Positions 39,347 to 42,263 of a stretch of 42,263 bases of DNA are shown piece after piece; position 1 is the stretch's first letter; the number at the start of each line of letters is the position of its first letter. The position numbers and the translations under genes were made by a program. Under the pieces are notes generated by a model. That model ran no database searches and was not told where the DNA came from. It was given only the letters and a program-made list of their open reading frames with translations. Source of the DNA: a virus; the IMG/VR virus record IMGVR_UViG_3300045988_043105, positions 1 through 42,263 of that record; one strand, given 5' to 3'.

Positions 39347-40690
39347 TTGAATCTCGGCGTATTCAAGCGCAAAATTGACGTTGACGCTGAAATTCAGATG
39401 ACCCCGCTCAAGTCGCTCTATGCGTCAGGCGACAAGGACGCGCATTCTTTTGAGTTTCTGCTGTTTAGCGGCGGTGAAGAGCTTGATCTGAGCGACGCAC
39501 AGGTGAACGGATATTTTATCCGTGCTGACGGCTATACAGTACTGATTACAGGCACGGCGGCTAAAAACATCGTAAGTCTAACGCTCTCGGAAAGCTGCTA
39601 TGCAATCGTCGGGCAGTTCAGCCTTGCGGTGAAAATCAAATTCGGAGATAAGCGCAAAACGGTTTTTGCCGGTTACGGCTATGTTACCCGTAGCACGACG
39701 GACGCAATCATTGATCCGGGCGCACGAATCCCGTCACTTGATGAGCTGCTTGCGCAGCTTGATGCACTGAAAACCGCGACCTCAGAGGCTCAGAAAGCGG
39801 CGGCGGCGGCAAATGGTGCCTATCAAAGAGCAGATGCAGCCACTGAGCAGGCTACCGCATCTGCGGCGAGTGCCAATGCAGCCGCACAACGTGCCGACAC
39901 AGCAGCCAAGGGGTGGGAGAATGATAAGGCATCCGATTCGGCAAAGCTGGGCGGCAAAGCACCGGAATACTACATCCGCGTGCGAAATCTGCTGGACAAC
40001 AGCAACTTTGCGAATCCAATAAACCAAAGAGGCAAAACAGTATACGAAAGCGGTTTTGGCATGACAATTGACCGCTGGTATCTGGGACACTCGGCGGCAA
40101 GCTCTGGTGGGAAGGCATCTCTGACAATTTACAAAGGCGGTATAAGCATCCGGAACACAACCGGAGAGGCGCAAAGCTATGCTTATATACAGACCCGTGT
40201 TGCTAAAGAGGAAGTGGTAAACGGAAAGGCATATACGTTTGCTTATAGGCGTAACGACGAAATTGTGTTGCTGACTCTGTCGTCGGAACATGTTGCAAAC
40301 GATATCGAGCAATATGGATTTTTTCCGTTATCCATTGAAAACAAAAATATAAACGAAGCAAACATCGAATGGGCTGCTTTGTACGAAGGAATATATACGG
40401 CTGAGACCTTGCCGCCATATACGCCGAAGGGATATGCGGTGGAAATGGCCGAATGCAAGAGATATTACGAGAAGCTGTCCCCAAACGCGATGCTTAAAAC
40501 AACAGTTCATGCTAATTTTTATGAGTTGCTTGTGCAATACGTAGAAAAACGCATTGATAAACCAACTGTAACGTATGTCGGCAATAATATTGCTGGAATT
40601 GATAATATCGGAAAATCATCGTGCAGATTTTACAGCAACGTCATGTCCGACAATTACGTTTCAACGGTCGAGATAACTGCGGATTTGTAA
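39347..40690 (+). CDS. BppU-like baseplate/fibre protein 1 (N-terminal BppU-type domain, Ala-rich coiled coil, distinct C-terminal head)
   Basis: AAAGGAG RBS before TTG 39347. The coiled coil is SEAQKAAAAANGAYQRADAATEQATASAASANAAAQRADTAA. The C-terminus is AT-rich. Confidence 0.65.
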   Translation: MNLGVFKRKIDVDAEIQMTPLKSLYASGDKDAHSFEFLLFSGGEELDLSDAQVNGYFIRADGYTVLITGTAAKNIVSLTLSESCYAIVGQFSLAVKIKFGDKRKTVFAGYGYVTRSTTDAIIDPGARIPSLDELLAQLDALKTATSEAQKAAAAANGAYQRADAATEQATASAASANAAAQRADTAAKGWENDKASDSAKLGGKAPEYYIRVRNLLDNSNFANPINQRGKTVYESGFGMTIDRWYLGHSAASSGGKASLTIYKGGISIRNTTGEAQSYAYIQTRVAKEEVVNGKAYTFAYRRNDEIVLLTLSSEHVANDIEQYGFFPLSIENKNINEANIEWAALYEGIYTAETLPPYTPKGYAVEMAECKRYYEKLSPNAMLKTTVHANFYELLVQYVEKRIDKPTVTYVGNNIAGIDNIGKSSCRFYSNVMSDNYVSTVEITADL

Positions 40691-40705
40691 GGATGGTGAA
40701 AAAAC

Positions 40706-41080
40706 GTGCAGATTAAACCATTTGGGGTGCTGGTCCGAACTGACAGCAAAAACCGCGTGACAGCCATCAACAGCAGCGGGTTTGTCGAAGGCAGCAGCTG
40801 GACGCAGATTGACGAAGGATATGGTGACAAGTACCATCACGCGCAGAGCAATTATCTGCCGATGCCGCTGACGGATGAGCGCGGCGTGTACCGCTACAAG
40901 CTCGTAGACGGGCTGGTTGCGCAGCGGACACAGGCCGAGATGGACGCGGACTTTGACGCATTGCCCGCGCCGCCGCTGACGACTGAGGAGCGCGTGAACA
41001 ACGTGGAGCAGCGCACGGACGCGCTGGAATCTGCAAACGACGATCTGATTTTGATGATGGCTGATTTGATTGGAGGATAA
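40706..41080 (+). CDS. Hypothetical fibre-associated protein (124 aa)
   Basis: GTG start. Lies between fibre-type genes. Confidence 0.5.
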   Translation: MQIKPFGVLVRTDSKNRVTAINSSGFVEGSSWTQIDEGYGDKYHHAQSNYLPMPLTDERGVYRYKLVDGLVAQRTQAEMDADFDALPAPPLTTEERVNNVEQRTDALESANDDLILMMADLIGG

Positions 41081-41084
41081 AAAG

Positions 41085-41240
41085 ATGAAAACTTTGAACG
41101 CTTTGAAGCTGCGCATTATGACCCGTGCGTTTAGAATCCGCATTGCCAACGGCGAGGATTTTGCCGATATCGCGGCGGATTATCCCGCACTGACCACAGA
41201 CGACCTGGAAGCCATCCGCGAAGCGCTGAACATGGGCTGA
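41085..41240 (+). CDS. Small XkdX-like protein (51 aa)
   Basis: GGAGGA RBS. MKTLNALKLRIMTRAFRIRIANGEDFADIAADYPALTTDDLEAIREALNMG. Below the ORF-track cutoff. Confidence 0.45.
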   Translation: MKTLNALKLRIMTRAFRIRIANGEDFADIAADYPALTTDDLEAIREALNMG

Positions 41241-41256
41241 CGAGGGAGAGATCGTG

Positions 41257-41955
41257 ATGCGTGATATCATTCTAGCGCTTGACCGTTTTGGCGATCAAGC
41301 GCTGCTGCTTGGCCGCGTCGGCGAAAATCGCGCGACGCGGATATTGATCAATCTGAGAAGCATATTGAGCCAGTATCCGGATGTTATTGCATCGATCACG
41401 GTCAAGCAGCCTGACCGGGAGGAGTATCCGGTGGCGGTGAAACAAGAGGGCGGTATCCTGACGTGGGAGATCACGAGCGCGGATATCGGCAGTAAGCCCG
41501 GAACGGGCGCGGCACAAATCACGGTGCGTAGTGATGACGGCACAGTCGTCAAGACAGCAATTGCAACCACGAGGGTTGCAGAATCGCTGGGAAGTCCGCA
41601 GTCACCCGCACCAGACCCCGTGCAAGCGTGGGTGGATTCAGCAGCGGCACAGCTCGGCAAGGTTATTCAGGCCGGAACCGATGCGGCAAATGCGGCTAAA
41701 AGCGCCGAAACCGCGACAGAATCGTGTATCACAGCCACAAAGGAGAGCGTGGAAGCAACATCAGATGCAACGGCGGCGGCGATTGAAGCCAAAAAAGCGG
41801 CAGAATTGGCGGGGCAGTTGGCCAATAAAAACGGTTATTTTTACGTTGAGGGACGTGCCGACGGAAAACTATACCTCATAACATCCGATGCTGCACCGCC
41901 CGATTTCACCTTGAAAGACAACGGGGAAGGAGTGTTGATCGCAGTTTATGGCTAA
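41257..41955 (+). CDS. BppU-like baseplate/fibre protein 2
   Basis: GAGGGAGAG RBS. GENRATRILINL...ILTWEITSADIGSKPGTGAAQITV is a BppU_N-like pattern, followed by an Ala-rich coiled coil. Confidence 0.6.
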   Translation: MRDIILALDRFGDQALLLGRVGENRATRILINLRSILSQYPDVIASITVKQPDREEYPVAVKQEGGILTWEITSADIGSKPGTGAAQITVRSDDGTVVKTAIATTRVAESLGSPQSPAPDPVQAWVDSAAAQLGKVIQAGTDAANAAKSAETATESCITATKESVEATSDATAAAIEAKKAAELAGQLANKNGYFYVEGRADGKLYLITSDAAPPDFTLKDNGEGVLIAVYG

Positions 41956-42263
41956 AGAACAAGTGATCGGAGCATATAGTGCTTATGCAATCGCCGTCGA
42001 ACATGGCTATGTAGGGACGGAAGAGGATTGGATCGAAGAACAGGAGCGAAACCGCAAAGCGTCCGAGCAAGCCGCCTCCGATGCGGAGAGCGCAAAGACG
42101 GCAGCGGAAAAAGCCCAAAAAGCGGCAGAGAGCAGCGAGAGCGGCGCGGCGGGAGAAGCGCAGAAGGCGCAGACGAGTGCGGCACAGGCGGCAAGCAGTG
42201 CGGCACAGGCGGCAGAAGCAGGCACAGCGGCGGGAGAAGCGCAGAAGGCGGCAGAGAGCGCGA
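41948..42263 (+). CDS. Tail fibre protein, 5' part (continues at nt 56 after the overlap, ending at 1218)
   Basis: ATG 41948 overlaps the previous stop. MAKEQVIGAYSAYAIAVEHGYVGTEEDWIEEQ is the common fibre N-motif. There is no stop before the window end. Confidence 0.75.
   Translation, partial: MAKEQVIGAYSAYAIAVEHGYVGTEEDWIEEQERNRKASEQAASDAESAKTAAEKAQKAAESSESGAAGEAQKAQTSAAQAASSAAQAAEAGTAAGEAQKAAESA
42209..42263. repeat. Terminal direct overlap, copy 2 (identical to 1-55)
   Basis: Same 55-mer as nt 1-55. This fits an assembler k-mer overlap on a circular or circularly permuted molecule. Confidence 0.95.

Larger units (their letters stand above)
1..42263. mobile_element. Complete temperate tailed-phage genome (siphovirus-type), circular assembly, unit length 42,208 bp
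   Basis: All canonical modules are present: int+attP, CI/Cro, RecT/YqaJ, replication, terS/terL, portal, MuF, scaffold, capsid, connectors, tail, TMP, Dit/Tal, fibres, endolysin/holin. The first 55 nt equal the last 55 nt. Confidence 0.9.

Noticed and set aside
1-42263. A diversity-generating retroelement, retron, or known multi-gene defence system (CBASS, Thoeris, RM, Abi) explaining the fibre variability or the cargo.
   Set aside because: No reverse transcriptase, cyclase, TIR/SIR2, restriction endonuclease or large ATPase ORF is visible in any frame. The only methyltransferases are orphan phage types.

Overview
The window is a complete, circularly closed genome of a temperate siphovirus-type tailed phage. 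Nt 1-55 are identical to nt 42209-42263, so the unit length is 42,208 bp. The host looks Gram-positive and Clostridia-like: strong AGGAGG-type RBSs, a phiLC3-type holin, an NlpC/P60+SH3b endolysin, and an attP carrying a tRNA 3' end with encoded CCA. Nearly all genes are on the + strand.

Gene order from nt 1:
- End of a tail-fibre gene that wraps the junction, then the lysis cassette (2056-3278).
- About 6 kb of accessory cargo in terminator/promoter-delimited cassettes (3294-9239).
- attP plus tyrosine integrase (9257-10628), then low-GC lysogeny genes on the minus strand.
- CI/Cro switch (12131-12834), then YqaJ exonuclease and RecT.
- A 479-bp ORF-free, hairpin-dense region with two tRNA-like modules (15473-15951).
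- Replication genes: DnaD-like initiator with internal repeats, G39P-like loader, VRR-NUC, SSB.
- Dam, MazG-like and Dcm-like genes.
- A low-GC island with an SPFH protein and Cys-rich proteins (21170-23860).
- Late regulator, terS/terL, portal, MuF, scaffold, capsid, connectors and major tail protein.
- G/GT chaperone with a -1 frameshift, tape measure, Dit, Tal and three BppU/fibre-like proteins.

No CRISPR array, reverse transcriptase, transposase or canonical tRNA was seen.

Most interesting:
1. The tRNA-like structured intergenic region.
2. A self-contained promoter / 4-gene / terminator cassette with an XRE (Aca-like) regulator next to the lysis genes.
3. A seven-gene block of compositionally odd proteins before attP.
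4. The SPFH island.
5. Two non-structural genes inserted between portal and MuF.

All functional calls come from motif recognition by eye; no searches were run.
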